A stretch of DNA of 64,000 bases from Nymphaea colorata (Eukaryota). Below the pieces are notes generated by a model. It was given only the letters and a program-made list of their open reading frames with translations, was not told where the DNA came from and searched no databases. Below are positions 35,201 to 47,599 of this stretch, piece after piece. Position 1 is the first letter of the stretch, and the number at the start of each line of letters is the position of its first letter. The position numbers and the translations under genes were made by a program. The DNA lies in assembly GCF_008831285.2 (NCBI RefSeq), contig NC_045138.2, forward strand, positions 930,001 through 994,000, given 5' to 3'.

Positions 35201-38200
35201 TTGTTAATGCAAGCACCTATACCTCTATACAGTATTTTAAAATTTTTGTTATGAATATGCATGGTTGGGAATTGATTCTCTAATATGTAATAAATGAAAT
35301 GCTCCTGATGGAATCAATGTCATATATAACTTCTACTAGTTTGACATGTACCATGTTATTTTTCCTCTGACTTGACAACTGAAGCAGGTATGAAGTCTTC
35401 CAGCTGATGGTTAACCTCTACACGGAAAGGTTCACTCACATGCTTAGATTGCTGAGTGATAGGGCAACTGAATTATCGAACTTGGAAATTCTAAAGGTAT
35501 GACGGGTACTATAGGTTTTAGTGCAAGTATACTTGAGACATTGTTGTTCTAAACCACAGTTTTCAACAAATCGGATATCTACCATATTTATTACTGCAAA
35601 GATAGTAATTTCATTCTTCATGTTAGGTAACTGGTTGGGTGGTTGAATATCAAGAAAATCTGATTGAGCTTGGTGTTGATGAATCTTTGGCTCAAGTTTG
35701 TTCTGAAAGTGGTGCAATGGATCCTCTTATGAACTCATATGTTGAAAGGATGCAAGCAACAACAACGGTATTTCGTTATAACACTCTTATATTTTCAGGA
35801 TTTGTATGATGCTTACTATTTGCTCTTCTTCTATTCAAGTAGTGTTGCATTAATCACTTTGCTCTTTTTGTTCCTCAGAAATGGTATAAGAATATTCTGG
35901 ATGCAGACAAGGTGCAGCCACCAAAAAAAACAGAAGATGGAAGGCTCTATACACCAGCAGCTGTTGACTTGTTTCGCATTCTTGGAGAACAAGTGCAGAT
36001 TGTGCGGGATAATAGCACTGATGTGATGCTATACAAAATTGCTCTTGCTATCATTCAGGTAGTACAGGCTTCTCTCATCATGTCTTATGTGATGTTTGCG
36101 GTGGTTTGTCCTCTTACATGTATCTTTAAAGAATCTCTAGGCATACTCTTAACTCTGATAGGTTAAGCTGGACAAAATCTGTGTGTATTTGTGCATAAGG
36201 ATTACCTTTACATAGCGAAAACTGTGCCTTTCTTTTCTAGGTTATGATTGATTTTCAAGCAGCTGAAAGACAAAGACTAGAGGAACCTGTTGCCGAAGTT
36301 GGATTGGAGCCTCTTTGTGCTATGGTTGGTGACTATCCTGTCAGACTTTTTGGTGCTTCATGTCAACTGTTGTTTCCATATTTCATCCTGTTTGCTATTT
36401 TATCAGGTGAACAACAATTTGCGCTGCTATGATCTTGCAATGGAGCTAAGTAGCAGTATCATAGAAGCTCTTCCACGGAATTATGCTGAGCAGGTTATGC
36501 TACATATGGTTATGCACACTTCTACCTAAACTGGCTAAAATGTTGTAAAATACGACCACTGTATGCAGTAGAAGGTTCCAATTTTACGTTTATCTTATCA
36601 TACCATGTCATAGGAGCAAATGTGTGTGTGTGTGTGTGTGTATACATACATTATGAAGACACAAAGTGGAACATAGTGAAGATTTGCATGCCAATGAAAT
36701 AGAATACATAAACAGTCTATTTGTACATAATTAATATATATGTAAGCTTTTGTTTGGCCTGCACAGCCTAGACCTTATTATTTTGATTTTAAAATTGATG
36801 TATTTTCTTCATGAGCTTAGTAGACTTTATTCATTTATGTAAAGCCAATCGTCAGATTGAATTCTAGCTTAATCAGAGCCTTTAGTGAAAGCTTCTATCT
36901 GACAGGGAAGCTTGCTTTCTTCGAGATGTCTTAGAGAAGCTAATAACTCCATGCTTCTTTCAAAGAGGTGGAAGCTTGGAGGAACATGTTTCCCATTTAT
37001 AAGATGCCCATTTTTATCCCAGAAGACTTGCATCTCAATTAGTTTTCCTTCCATTTGGTCAATTCTCTCAGTGAATTTTTTTTCATCTCTCGAAACATTG
37101 TTTCATGTTGGTAGTTTTTTGTATAATGTTATTTTTTGTATTGTTGCAGATCAATTTTGAGGACACATGCAAGGGTTTTCATGAAGTTGCGAAGGTAGGC
37201 ACTTGGTCAGTGGATAATTGCTTACATATTATATATATCTGCATATACTGTTCATTTCAAACCTAACGTAATGATATACGATAGTTAATATAAATATATA
37301 TAGCAGTTTACATGCATGAACTCTAACAGGAAGAGCATACTAACTTTTTCCCTTTCTTCAAACTTTTTAAGACAAAAGAATGAATATAAGCTCTAAATGT
37401 TATGAGCGTAATCTCACAATGGAAATAACCTGTTCACTGACTGATAGTTTTAGTGCATACCCAAATATAGACAAGAATAGTCAGGTGCAGTTGACTGTAT
37501 GCAAACCATAGTGACAAAAAACTCATTTTTGGGAAAAAAAAAGTGCATGAAATGTGAGAAACAAGTCAGCTGTTTCAAACTTAAAAAACACCATTTTTTT
37601 GAAAAAAGTCAAAACGAAATCCATTTTAGTCGTTTTTTTACGTTTTTAATTTCCAAACTGCTTGTTTTCATTTTTTAATTTTTATTTGTTGCTGATTTGT
37701 TTATTTTTTTATATTTGTATTATTAGTTTCTCACGTATTTTTTTCTTTAATTTTCAGGATTTTTTTTTAATTTATGTGTGTTTCATGTTTTCTCCTATTT
37801 TTTTCAAGCTCACTATATTATACCCAAGGAAACCTCACCATTTAAAATGCTAAAGCATTTTTTGTGACTATGATCCAAACCCTAGCAACCGCTACTTTTG
37901 TGATGCTGCGTCATGCTCAGATTTGTGGTGTGGCACAAAAGTTCTTGCCCTTCAATGCATGCAAAACGGACTTTTTTTCTTCATTTTTACCCCATGTGTG
38001 ATAATTTGCTTAGCTTCCTTTTTGAGTACTAGAGAACCCAATCCAAAAGGTTTAGTACGGAAATATATGTTTGATTCTTTGATGTTGCTGGACTCCATGG
38101 CCCATCTGCTTCCCAAGATTAATCTGATGATACTGAGAGGGTAGCTTATTCATAAGTGTGTCTTTCTCTAACTATTTTGCTCTTCCTTTCTACATGGCAG

Positions 38201-41200
38201 GAAGCAGTGCATCAAACTGTTAATGTTATTTTTGAAGATCCTGGTGTACAAGATTTGGTTGTTAAACTTTATCAGAAAGGTCAGTCTTGTAAAGCTGAAA
38301 TTTTTAGAATGTTCAACCTTCTGTAATTATAGTAATGTTATCCTCCGACAATGTAAGTGCCAATATATACTGGTCATTTTAGCATGGAAATCTGCAAACT
38401 TTGAGGTTAACAGTGGTCAAGTGTCCAAACTTTTTAGAATCTTAGATTCTATATTTTTGTAGGAACACTATTGACTGAAAATCTAAATGAACAGTATTAT
38501 TAGGTTTGGAAACAGCAGAAATTCCAAATATGTCATCATGATACAAGCTTCAGCTTACTTTCCCTTCCTACTGCTCCTATGAGAAATACATGAAGAGTTA
38601 CCTGAATCAGCTCAAATGGAATCAATTTGGATAAGCATATTTTGCCTTTAAAATTTTTTGATAAGATAAGGAAACCATTTGGTAGTTGCATGACATTGAG
38701 GCGCAGGTCAGTTTTCAGTGTATTGTGATCTTGACATCTGCAAAGAGCAAGTGCTTATTCCAATCAATGTTTGCACTTTTTCTTGCCGTACAACCTCCAA
38801 TCACAGCTTCAGACAGTAACTTTTAGCTGACATATAAGTTGTAGAGCACTAGAATGCAAAGACTGGCCTCAAAAAGTTTGAGTTGGATTTCCCTACAATA
38901 CCATCTTACTATTAATTTAAGATTTGCAACACATTTTCTCATCTCTAACTTATATGTCTTTTTTTTTTAATATTTCAGATTGGTACGAAGGCATGGTTAC
39001 AGAATATTTAATTGCAACATTCAGTGATTATTTCGGAGATGTAAAAGTGTAATTTTCTCTACTGTTGGATCTATGTGTATGTGTGTGTGCGCGTGATAAT
39101 TAAATGATAGCTATTGTCTCAGCAACCATTATCTTAATATTACAAGTTAGAATCTGAGTATTATTTCTAGTTTCTTATTTATTTTCCCAGATTTGTGTGT
39201 ATGCATGTGCGTGTGAATGACTTCTAGTATGTGCACTGGAAACTTAGCTTATGTTTTCTAGTGAGTAAGTTTTGCTTCTTGTCTTCAGATACATCGAGGA
39301 TAGGTCCTTTAGGAGGTACGTTGAAGCCTGCCTGGAGGAGACCATTGTTGTCTACGTGGACCATCTCCTTTCACAGGTTGTATTCTGGTTTTCAATCATT
39401 TCACATATCTTTGATGTCATTTATACCATTTTTTTCTCCTTTGGCATTAGAGGCTGATGTCTCTTCTCATTCCATTTTGGAATTACTATCTATTGCAGAG
39501 AAGTCCCATCAAAGAAGAAACAATTGACAGGATGCGACTGGATGAAGATTTCCTTACTGACTTCTTCAGAGAACACATTAACATATCAGTGAGTATTAGT
39601 GGTCATGTGCAATGCACATAGTTGTTGAGTATGTTACTTTTTCCATATGCATTTTCCTGATCTCCTATAAGCTAATATATGAAAGAAGGGACATTGACAA
39701 GGTTTTAAGAAATAAACCTATCTAAGATCTACTTGTTTAGTGTTGTCGTTTGGTGGCATCTTGGTCTTCCGGCTTTATAAAGAGAGGGAGAATTTATGTT
39801 TTTTGGGTGTTCTCTGTCTTCAAATGGAAAGAAACTTTTGTGCATGCGGTTGATTTGTAAAGGTCATCTTTAAGTTGCATTTTATGTTTTTAGTTGGTGA
39901 AAACTGGCACGAAAGTTGCTATTTGTGGGTTGACAGATTACACTACTAGCTTTTCAACTTTTTTGATCATATAATCCATTAATCTTGCATAACAACGGTT
40001 GATCTATTGCTTTGAAGAGAATATGCCCCCCTTGCTTTAGGATCTAGCTGAAAACAAATCCATTTCCAGCGTGAACTTAAACGTAGTGCCTGGATTACTA
40101 TTATGTTTCTATAGTTACGCATATTGCTCAGCGTTTTAAACCATATGGAAATAAGCCATCACATAATGGGTTTTTCCTTGTTAAATACAAAATTTTGGTT
40201 TGTCAAAATTTAATAAGTTTACATCTTTGCCAGTAAGTCTAGTGTCTTAGGTTGGTGGTTGCCTTGTAATGTGTTTGTTTCCATGGTAGTATTTGTTATT
40301 TAGCATTCCCCATCATCATATCTGGCTATAGGACCTAAACTAGGTTTCCTTTGTTACGTACAAAATCTGGATTATGAAAATTAGTGACTTAATAGAGTTT
40401 CTGTTGTTTCTGTTGTGTATGTGCTAGATGATATTTTTATCTTAACTTGATGGTATCTGATGTTGGATACTTGTTCTTTTTCTGCAGAAAGTTGAGAAGC
40501 GGGTTCAGATACTTGCCGAGTTGAGGGAGTTAGCTTCAGCTGAAAGTTTGGAATCTTTCACTCTTGTTTACACAAACATTCTCCAAACTCATCCTGATTG
40601 CCCTGTGAGTGCTAATTAAAATACAAGGTCTCATTTCTTACAAGTACTGTAGTCATGCACTGACATTTAAACTGGAAATGCAGCCTGAGGTTGTAGAAAA
40701 GCTTGTTGGTTTACGTGAAGGCATACCAAGAAAAGATGCTAGAGAGGTACTCTTTTGTTTTTTTGTTGTTTTTAGCTGTTATCTCCATAGGTAAATGGTA
40801 ATGATGAGGTTATGGAAGGCTATAAGTATCAAGGGCTATACAACACTCGTCCTCTTCTCAATTTTCAAAATTGAATCCACTCTTCAGGCATGGGTTGGTT
40901 TTATGAGATAAAACTTCTGTTTTTATCAGCTGAGCCTGTAGGGCATTCTCGGACTATAAAACTGTTGGTTTTGCTGTTCACTGTTTTTTCTCTTTCTTGT
41001 TTAACGTACTCTCTCCTCCTCCAGCTTAGTGGTATGAAACTATGAATTGCTTTTTTTTTCTGAAATACTAGAAAAAGAGAACCTAGTTCATGCCTTGCAG
41101 TCAATATGGTACATGATATGATTTATTTGCTATCTTTATTTGGTTTCATTGTAATTTCTTTCCTTTTTGCTGATTAAATTTCCAAGTTATGAAATTTTGG

Positions 41201-41247
41201 GTGAAGTTGTTTTCCCCATTCAAAATGCAGTGAGCATCCCAATGAAA

Positions 41248-41292
<45 letters not shown>

Positions 41293-41495
41293 CCCTCCCC
41301 CTCTTTGGCATGCACACATGCACACACACACACACAATGTATTTGACTTGCTGTTGGGTGCAGGTTGTTCAGGAGTGCAGGGAAATATACGAGAGCTATT
41401 TTGTAGATGGGCGTCCACCCAAGCCTGCTTTTGTTGTCTTTGGGAGGGTGAAATGCCTGACTGCTTCCAAGGGGTCTTTATGGAGGAAACTGTAG
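23218..41495 (+). CDS. SEC6: Exocyst complex component SEC6 (EXOC3), 25 coding exons
   Basis: Exons: 23218-23346, 23554-23592, 24450-24538, 24730-24820, 25027-25116, 25232-25311, 25548-25640, 26996-27022, 28098-28205, 29829-29952, 30031-30075, 33406-33461, 35388-35496, 35627-35767, 35879-36058, 36241-36324, 36407-36493, 37150-37194, 38201-38279, 38979-39048, 39289-39376, 39499-39588, 40488-40604, 40684-40746, 41364-41495. All GT-AG and phase-compatible. Begins [22 protein letters not shown] and ends [15 protein letters not shown], as in plant SEC6. Probable 5' UTR exon near 22150-22295. Confidence 0.95.
23651..23725. repeat. 3 x 25-bp minisatellite in SEC6 intron 2
   Basis: ccagatgaaacagtagccttcgagt / ccagaggaaacagtagccttcaagt / ccagatgaaacagtagcctttgaat. 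Confidence 0.9.
24075..24368 (-). mobile_element. Old solo LTR (copia-type) in SEC6 intron 2
   Basis: Eroded termini TATTAG...CCAAAA, near-TSD GTCCC/GTGCC, and motif gattta.gtggttcg...cctac.tccacg shared with the copia LTRs at 2054-2091. Confidence 0.6.
37507..37872. mobile_element. hAT-type MITE in SEC6 intron 18
   Basis: TIRs CATAGTGACAAAAAA / TTTTTTGTGACTATG; 8-bp TSD ATGCAAAC / ATCCAAAC. Related partial copies at ~9098-9425, ~32423-32650 (inverted) and ~34050-34415. Confidence 0.8.
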
Positions 41496-42410
41496 TTCAT
41501 TTTCTCTTGTAAATGTAAATTATTTTTTGGATTTTCCGTTCTTGTGGGGAAGCATTACATTTGCAATTTTGTATCTATTTTAATGATCTGGCCATTAGAG
41601 TTTTAATATAAATATCCTCTTAAAACAAGAGTCAACAAAAGTCCTAGCTTTCTCTCTCTCGCTCCATCTATCTGTTTCTCTCTGTGCCTGTGCGCGCGTG
41701 TGTATGTCTGCTTATCAAATTCATCCCTCCTCCCCATCCATTGAAGATAAACCAATAATTTAGTTCAGATTATGACGATGGAAGCTGAGATATAACGGAT
41801 TCAATGGAATTCACCTATCTCGTTCAGATATTGTTTGTGAAGCAGCAGTATTTCCCTTACAGGTATTTCGTTCTACTACTACAAGATCAACGGGAAATGC
41901 CCTCCACTTTGTCTTTTTAATGATCATTCTATGAAAAATAGATGATAGTTGATAAGGCCACAGCGTTTAAGTTGTACTAGTGGGAAATGAGGAAACAATA
42001 TATTTGCTAATATTGTTTTTAATGCTCTTCAGGTAAAAGCTCTTGGCCATGCCAGTACTTGGGCATAGGTGACATTAGGACGAGCAAGCATGGTTGCATC
42101 ATTGAGGCATGCCTCTCTCTTCTTCTCTTTTCTCTCTACGTTGCCATGAGAATGGGTTTAGGTTTGGTTGTATATTGTGAAAATGTAAAATGATGGTTGA
42201 ATCGTCGTTACCCACTAGACAGAATCAATGAATTTGGCACACGCAAATACAAGCCAAACGTCTCAAACTTACCCGTTTAAGACGAAAATAAAGCTGGTCA
42301 CAATTTCACCTTCAAACTAAGCAAGTGATTGATTAGTTGGTTTGAAGCTATTAAGGTTAGCATCCTAAACCACCTTGAGAAAGCGAAGAAACTCAACAAT
42401 TTTATTTGAG

Positions 42411-42446
<36 letters not shown>

Positions 42447-43642
42447 TTATGAATTTTTTTCTTCTGGGTTTGGATAGAGAAATCGTTCAACGTTTTATAA
42501 TGCCGTATGCATCAGGTGGCCATGATTGGATGGAGCTCAAGACAGCCACACACAAACATATAGGTTTGTACTTTTTTGAGTTTAGAATTTGCTTAAAAAT
42601 ACCATTAGAAGTCATCAAGTCGTTAGAAATATTAGGTTTTTAAACCTTGTCCAGTGGCACTACGGGTTTAATACGAGGTCTAACCCGATTCAAGACTCGA
42701 TTTCCACATCCTGACACTCTGACAGAGAAGGTCGGTCGCAGCTAAGCCTCTTCCTTCTCTCTCTCTCTCTCGCGCGCGCGCAAAGCCCTCGTACCGTCGA
42801 CGGTCCACCGTGTGCCGAAGACGACTTTTCCGGTTAGTCCTTGGTGACTGGTAGTTCTACCTCTGTTGCTGAAGTGTCTTCTAGATTGATGTCCATGGAC
42901 GTGAATTGATCATCTGCTTATATCCATGGACGTTGAATTTACTATGTGGTGAATCTCTGCTGCTGTGTTCTTGCAGAAACCTTGTTTAAGATCGTGAAGA
43001 TATTTGGGTAGTTTCTCCGTCTGGTCTCCGGGATGTTTTTGTTTTTGTGTGGATCTCTGTTTCTGTTTGTTGCAGAAAACTTGATGGATCATAAATAACC
43101 TTTGGTATTTCCTCTTTTTAAACTTCGGCATGTTTTCATTTTCGGGAATTTTGTATGTAAGTTGCAGTTTCTTTTATACCTGTGTTCTTATTGCAGTAAG
43201 AGGTTCGCTGAACATGGGGAGGGGGGGTGGGGTTACGGGCTTCTTGACGTTTGAACTTTGAGGCTTCTTGTTTTCTCTCCTTCTTTGTATCTCCATAATT
43301 CATGGTGGATGTCTGTTAGTTGAAAGGTTATTTAATTTTTAATCGAGCGATTGATGAATTCAAATCAGAATTGTGGTTAAAATGCTATGAGATAATTTTT
43401 AGCATAAAATCTACTGGTTAATTGTTGTCCTCTGGAGTGTGAGGTCATACTGCGTGCTTGCTTATTGTTGATAAAATAAAAAGAATGGCTTTCAGATTCA
43501 TGTACATGGCAGTTTCATGCTTACTCGTGCGAATTCACTTCGAACTATGCTTGCTTGTGGACGTGGATGATTTGCTTGGTTGCAAATGTTTATGACTGCT
43601 TCTATATTCGTTTGGCAGAAGAGACCTTAAAACTCATTAGCA

Positions 43643-45190
43643 ATGGCGGGCGAAGGGACTTCAGGCATGTTCCAATTGCAGCAAACGGTTGGCACTGTTC
43701 TTTGTTGCATGTGTGGTGTACCTATAACTCCAAATAATGTGAATATGTGTGTAAAATGCTTGCGTTCACAAGTTGACATCACTGAAGGTTTGCAGAAGCA
43801 TGTGATAATCTACCATTGCCCAGAGTGTAATTCTTATCTGCAGCCACCAAAAACATGGATCAAAGCCCAGTTAGAATCTAAAGAGCTTCTCACATTTTGC
43901 ATTAAGAGGCTCAAGAATTTGAACAAGGTTCACCTATCACATGCGGAATTTATTTGGACTGAACCTCACTCTAAGAGGATCAAAGTGAAACTGAGAGTGA
44001 AGAAGGAGGTGTTTCATAACACAATATTGGAGCAAGAATACGTTGTTGAATATGTTCAGCAAGAGCATATGTGTGAATCTTGTTCAAGAGTTCAAGCCAA
44101 CCCTGACCAATGGGTAGCATCTGTGCAACTCAGACAGCACGTTGCTCACAGGCGGACCTTTTATTTTCTAGAGCAGGTTATCCTTAAGCATGATGCAGCT
44201 GTTCGTGCAATAAAAATTAAGCAGATGCATGAGGGTATCGACTTCTTCTTTGGCAACAGAAGCCATGCAGTGAAATTTGTGGAATTTGTTGGAAGTGTAG
44301 TCCCAATTAGGAGTCGGCATGACAAGCAGCTGGTTTCACATGATCCCAAGAGCAATAACTATAACTATAAGTACACATTTTCTGTTGAAATTAGTCCAAT
44401 TTGCAGAGAGGATTTAATCTGCCTTCCTCCAAAAGTTGCTATAAGTTCGGGGAATTTGGGACCACTTGTGCTGTGCGTGAAGGTCAGCAATAGCCTAATG
44501 CTACTTGATCCATTCACTTTGAGGCATTCTTATCTTGATGCTAACCAGTACTGGAGGGCTCCTTTTAAACCTTTATTGTCAAGTAGACAACTAGTTGAAT
44601 ATGTGATTCTTGACATAGAACCTGCAGTTGGTGGGATGAGTCATAATGGCACCAAGTATGCATTGGCAGATGCACAGGTTGCCCGTGTATCAGATTTTGG
44701 GAAAAATGATCAGATTTTCAATGTGAGGACACATCTTGGTCATCTTCTAGCTCCTGGGGATAATGCACTTGGTTATGATTTATATGGAGCAAACAATAAT
44801 GATCTTGAACTTGACAAGCACAAAGGATTTAGCCTTCCTGATGCTGTTCTAGTGAAGAAGAGCTATGAAGAGAAGCGCCAAAAAAGGCGTGGAAAAGCTC
44901 GTTCTTGGAAGCTCAAAAATTTGGAGATGGAAGTTGACAATCCTTCGAAGGGCAGGACAGATATTGATAAGAGAAATATGGAGTATGAAAAGTTTTTGGA
45001 GGACTTAGAAGAAGACCCAGAAATGAGGTTTAATGTATCGCTATATAGAAACAAAGATTACCAACCTTCTGAGGTGACATCTATGGCTGATGGAGAAGAC
45101 CTTCCTTCTGTACCTCTGGAGGAGATGCTTGCTGATCTCGCATTGAGTGATGAAGAAGAAGATGTCAACGATGATATTATGGGGGAGTGA
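43643..45190 (+). CDS. NMD3: 60S ribosomal subunit export adaptor NMD3
   Basis: 515-aa intronless ORF: CCMCG...MCVKC and HCPEC...MCESC zinc motifs, FIWTEPHSKRIKV, acidic C-terminus with NES-like VPLEEMLADLAL. 5' UTR intron acceptor at ~43618; probable first exon at ~42720-42832. Confidence 0.97.
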   Translation: MAGEGTSGMFQLQQTVGTVLCCMCGVPITPNNVNMCVKCLRSQVDITEGLQKHVIIYHCPECNSYLQPPKTWIKAQLESKELLTFCIKRLKNLNKVHLSHAEFIWTEPHSKRIKVKLRVKKEVFHNTILEQEYVVEYVQQEHMCESCSRVQANPDQWVASVQLRQHVAHRRTFYFLEQVILKHDAAVRAIKIKQMHEGIDFFFGNRSHAVKFVEFVGSVVPIRSRHDKQLVSHDPKSNNYNYKYTFSVEISPICREDLICLPPKVAISSGNLGPLVLCVKVSNSLMLLDPFTLRHSYLDANQYWRAPFKPLLSSRQLVEYVILDIEPAVGGMSHNGTKYALADAQVARVSDFGKNDQIFNVRTHLGHLLAPGDNALGYDLYGANNNDLELDKHKGFSLPDAVLVKKSYEEKRQKRRGKARSWKLKNLEMEVDNPSKGRTDIDKRNMEYEKFLEDLEEDPEMRFNVSLYRNKDYQPSEVTSMADGEDLPSVPLEEMLADLALSDEEEDVNDDIMGE

Positions 45191-46010
45191 TGAGGTACAA
45201 ATTATAGTATTATGAGGGGGTGATGTGTGCAGATTGTTTATTGGGATGGATCTTTCTCACTGATAGGTGTCTATAGTCTATATATATTTCTACAGTCATC
45301 ATGATTGGATAATGTTTGGATCAGTTCTTTTTATGTTGCTACTGTACATATTCTTGTTGCAGTTTCATATCCCCATATGACATTGTCCTCTGTGACATTT
45401 TAAGTGGGAGCACATTCATCCCAATGGAACAAAAGTGTGTTATGTTGTCTGTGCGCCACTACCTGCCCCTCCTTTTCTCTCGGCTGCCATATTTCAAGCA
45501 ACCATAAGCGATCTGTTAGTATTGTTTTGTAGAAGTGACTTTGTTTGGCAGGAGTATGTAACTTTTTTATAAAGAGGGAATATGGATAAATTTCTACTTG
45601 GTCTTCACTGCATGCTGTAATGGTAATTCTGCCTTGCATTTGACCATCATTATGGTCAACGTATCTTCTGTTTTAAGTTGCTATGATTTTTCTTTTCTTT
45701 GTAGGATGATAGATTTCTGCCATAATGTCAGCACATCAAGCTTACTCCTCATCGTAAAGAAGTTAATGTGCCCATTGCTGAATTGGTTCGTATTTCCAAT
45801 ATAATAATAACGATCCATGTGTCCCTGATCCCTATTGATCAAAATTAGCGTCTTATCTGAACCTAACAAGTAAATCAGGCTCACTTCTGATTTTAATGTG
45901 GAAGTTGCATGCCACTGAGGATTTGTTCTTGGACGTGAATTCCTAATTGAGATGGTAAGCTAGCCGACATGTTTCCCTCCCGTGAAGATGAACATTCATG
46001 CAACCGTTTA

Positions 46011-46318
46011 CTAGTTTGTCATTTTTACTTGCGAGTTCAATGAAACTGCTTTTGGGGAAAAACCAGCCTACGTGAAAAATGCATGTATAACCATATTGTG
46101 CTTCATGTAACTAATGGATGATGGCATACGAACTGCCAATTGTATAGTTTCCATACGTTAGGTTGAAATTTCAATTATTAGTAGTTTTGTCATTTTTATT
46201 TCTGAGTCCAATGAAACTGTTTTTAGCCAATAGAGGTGAAAATGCATGGAACGCAAATGATGTGTATTGTGTTTCCGGCAACTAATGGATGACAGAAAAG
46301 GAACTGCCAGTGTAGCTG
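46011..46318. repeat. Diverged tandem duplication (period about 170 bp)
   Basis: tagtttgtcattttta...aatgaaactg...gtgaaaatgcatg...aactaatggatga...gaactgcca at ~46011 and ~46181. Confidence 0.75.
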
Positions 46319-47560
46319 CAGTTGCTGTTGCCGAACATAATCTCTTGAACGTTGTGACTTTGGTGATGTTTGCTGTTCAGCGTTTGTTGTCAATGTAAGA
46401 CCATCTGATGATAATTCTAGCATCTTAAAAACTGAAAAATTCATTTCAAGGGATATCCTTATAGGATGGCCCAAAGGCGATCAACTTTGATCTACTTTGT
46501 CTTCTTTCTTCATTGTTGAAACAGACAGTAAACTGTAAGGAAGTTGCTGATGCAGCGGGTAGAAGTTCCTTTTGCTGGGTTCTCATTTGTCTGTTGGCCC
46601 TTCTTCCCTCATCTATTATTAATTATGGATGTTTTCTGTTGAATTTGCTACTTTTAAAGCTTTGAAAAGAAGAAAGTGAGTTATATCATTAATGTGGGGA
46701 TCAATATAGATGTTGTCATGGAAGAACTGAAAAGCGTTTAGATAGTGCATAGCGGTCATTCCCGTCTGTTTCTTTTCAGATCCTATTCTTTTCCAATTTT
46801 TTTCTCTTTTTCCTCCTCAGATTGTCAAGCTTACATCCTTGATTTTAGAGGGGCTGCTCTGCTCTGCAGTTTTGTGGTGATTCCCTGCTGAACTTGCGGC
46901 CATGCGCTATGTAAGAAACCACCATAAGAAAGCTTCGGTAGTCAAATGGCAGCGTGGAGACTTGATCCAAGGTCTTCAATTTGACACTTTTCACATTTCT
47001 CTTTTATTGCCTGTTCAATAAATGTGGTTACTATGGAAGGGCGTTTGGATTTCCTTTGCAATGGGGAAGCCGGCAAGCGTTCCACGGTGGCCGGCTTTAG
47101 ACTGTTTATACTGCTGATTAGCGTAATTTGGTATGGATCTGCTTAAGCCCAGCTTGGCGATGAAAAAATAAAATGAGAATCAACTGTTGAATGGTGATGC
47201 TTTGACTAGAACGACCTTTCAGTGGGCAGGTGATTGAAGAAAGATTATAATAAACAAAGGTAAAGATGCCGGTCTTATCATCTACAATTTTTCTTGTAGT
47301 TTTAACTGGTTTAAAGTTTCACTTTCAGATGTAAGCGTTGGAATTCAAGTGTCAAACTAAGACATATGGGGGTGGCTGAAAAGGTGAACACGGTTGCAGG
47401 TGCGAGACGGGACAACTAATTTTGTATTTTCGTAGGTATTTTTTTAGTTTTTGTATTTTTGGGTATACTTTAGTACTTTTTATTTGTTAATATATTTATG
47501 AATATAAATAATGAATTTATATGTTTATTTAGCTAAAATTTTATTATTATACGAATATTA

Positions 47561-47599
<39 letters not shown>

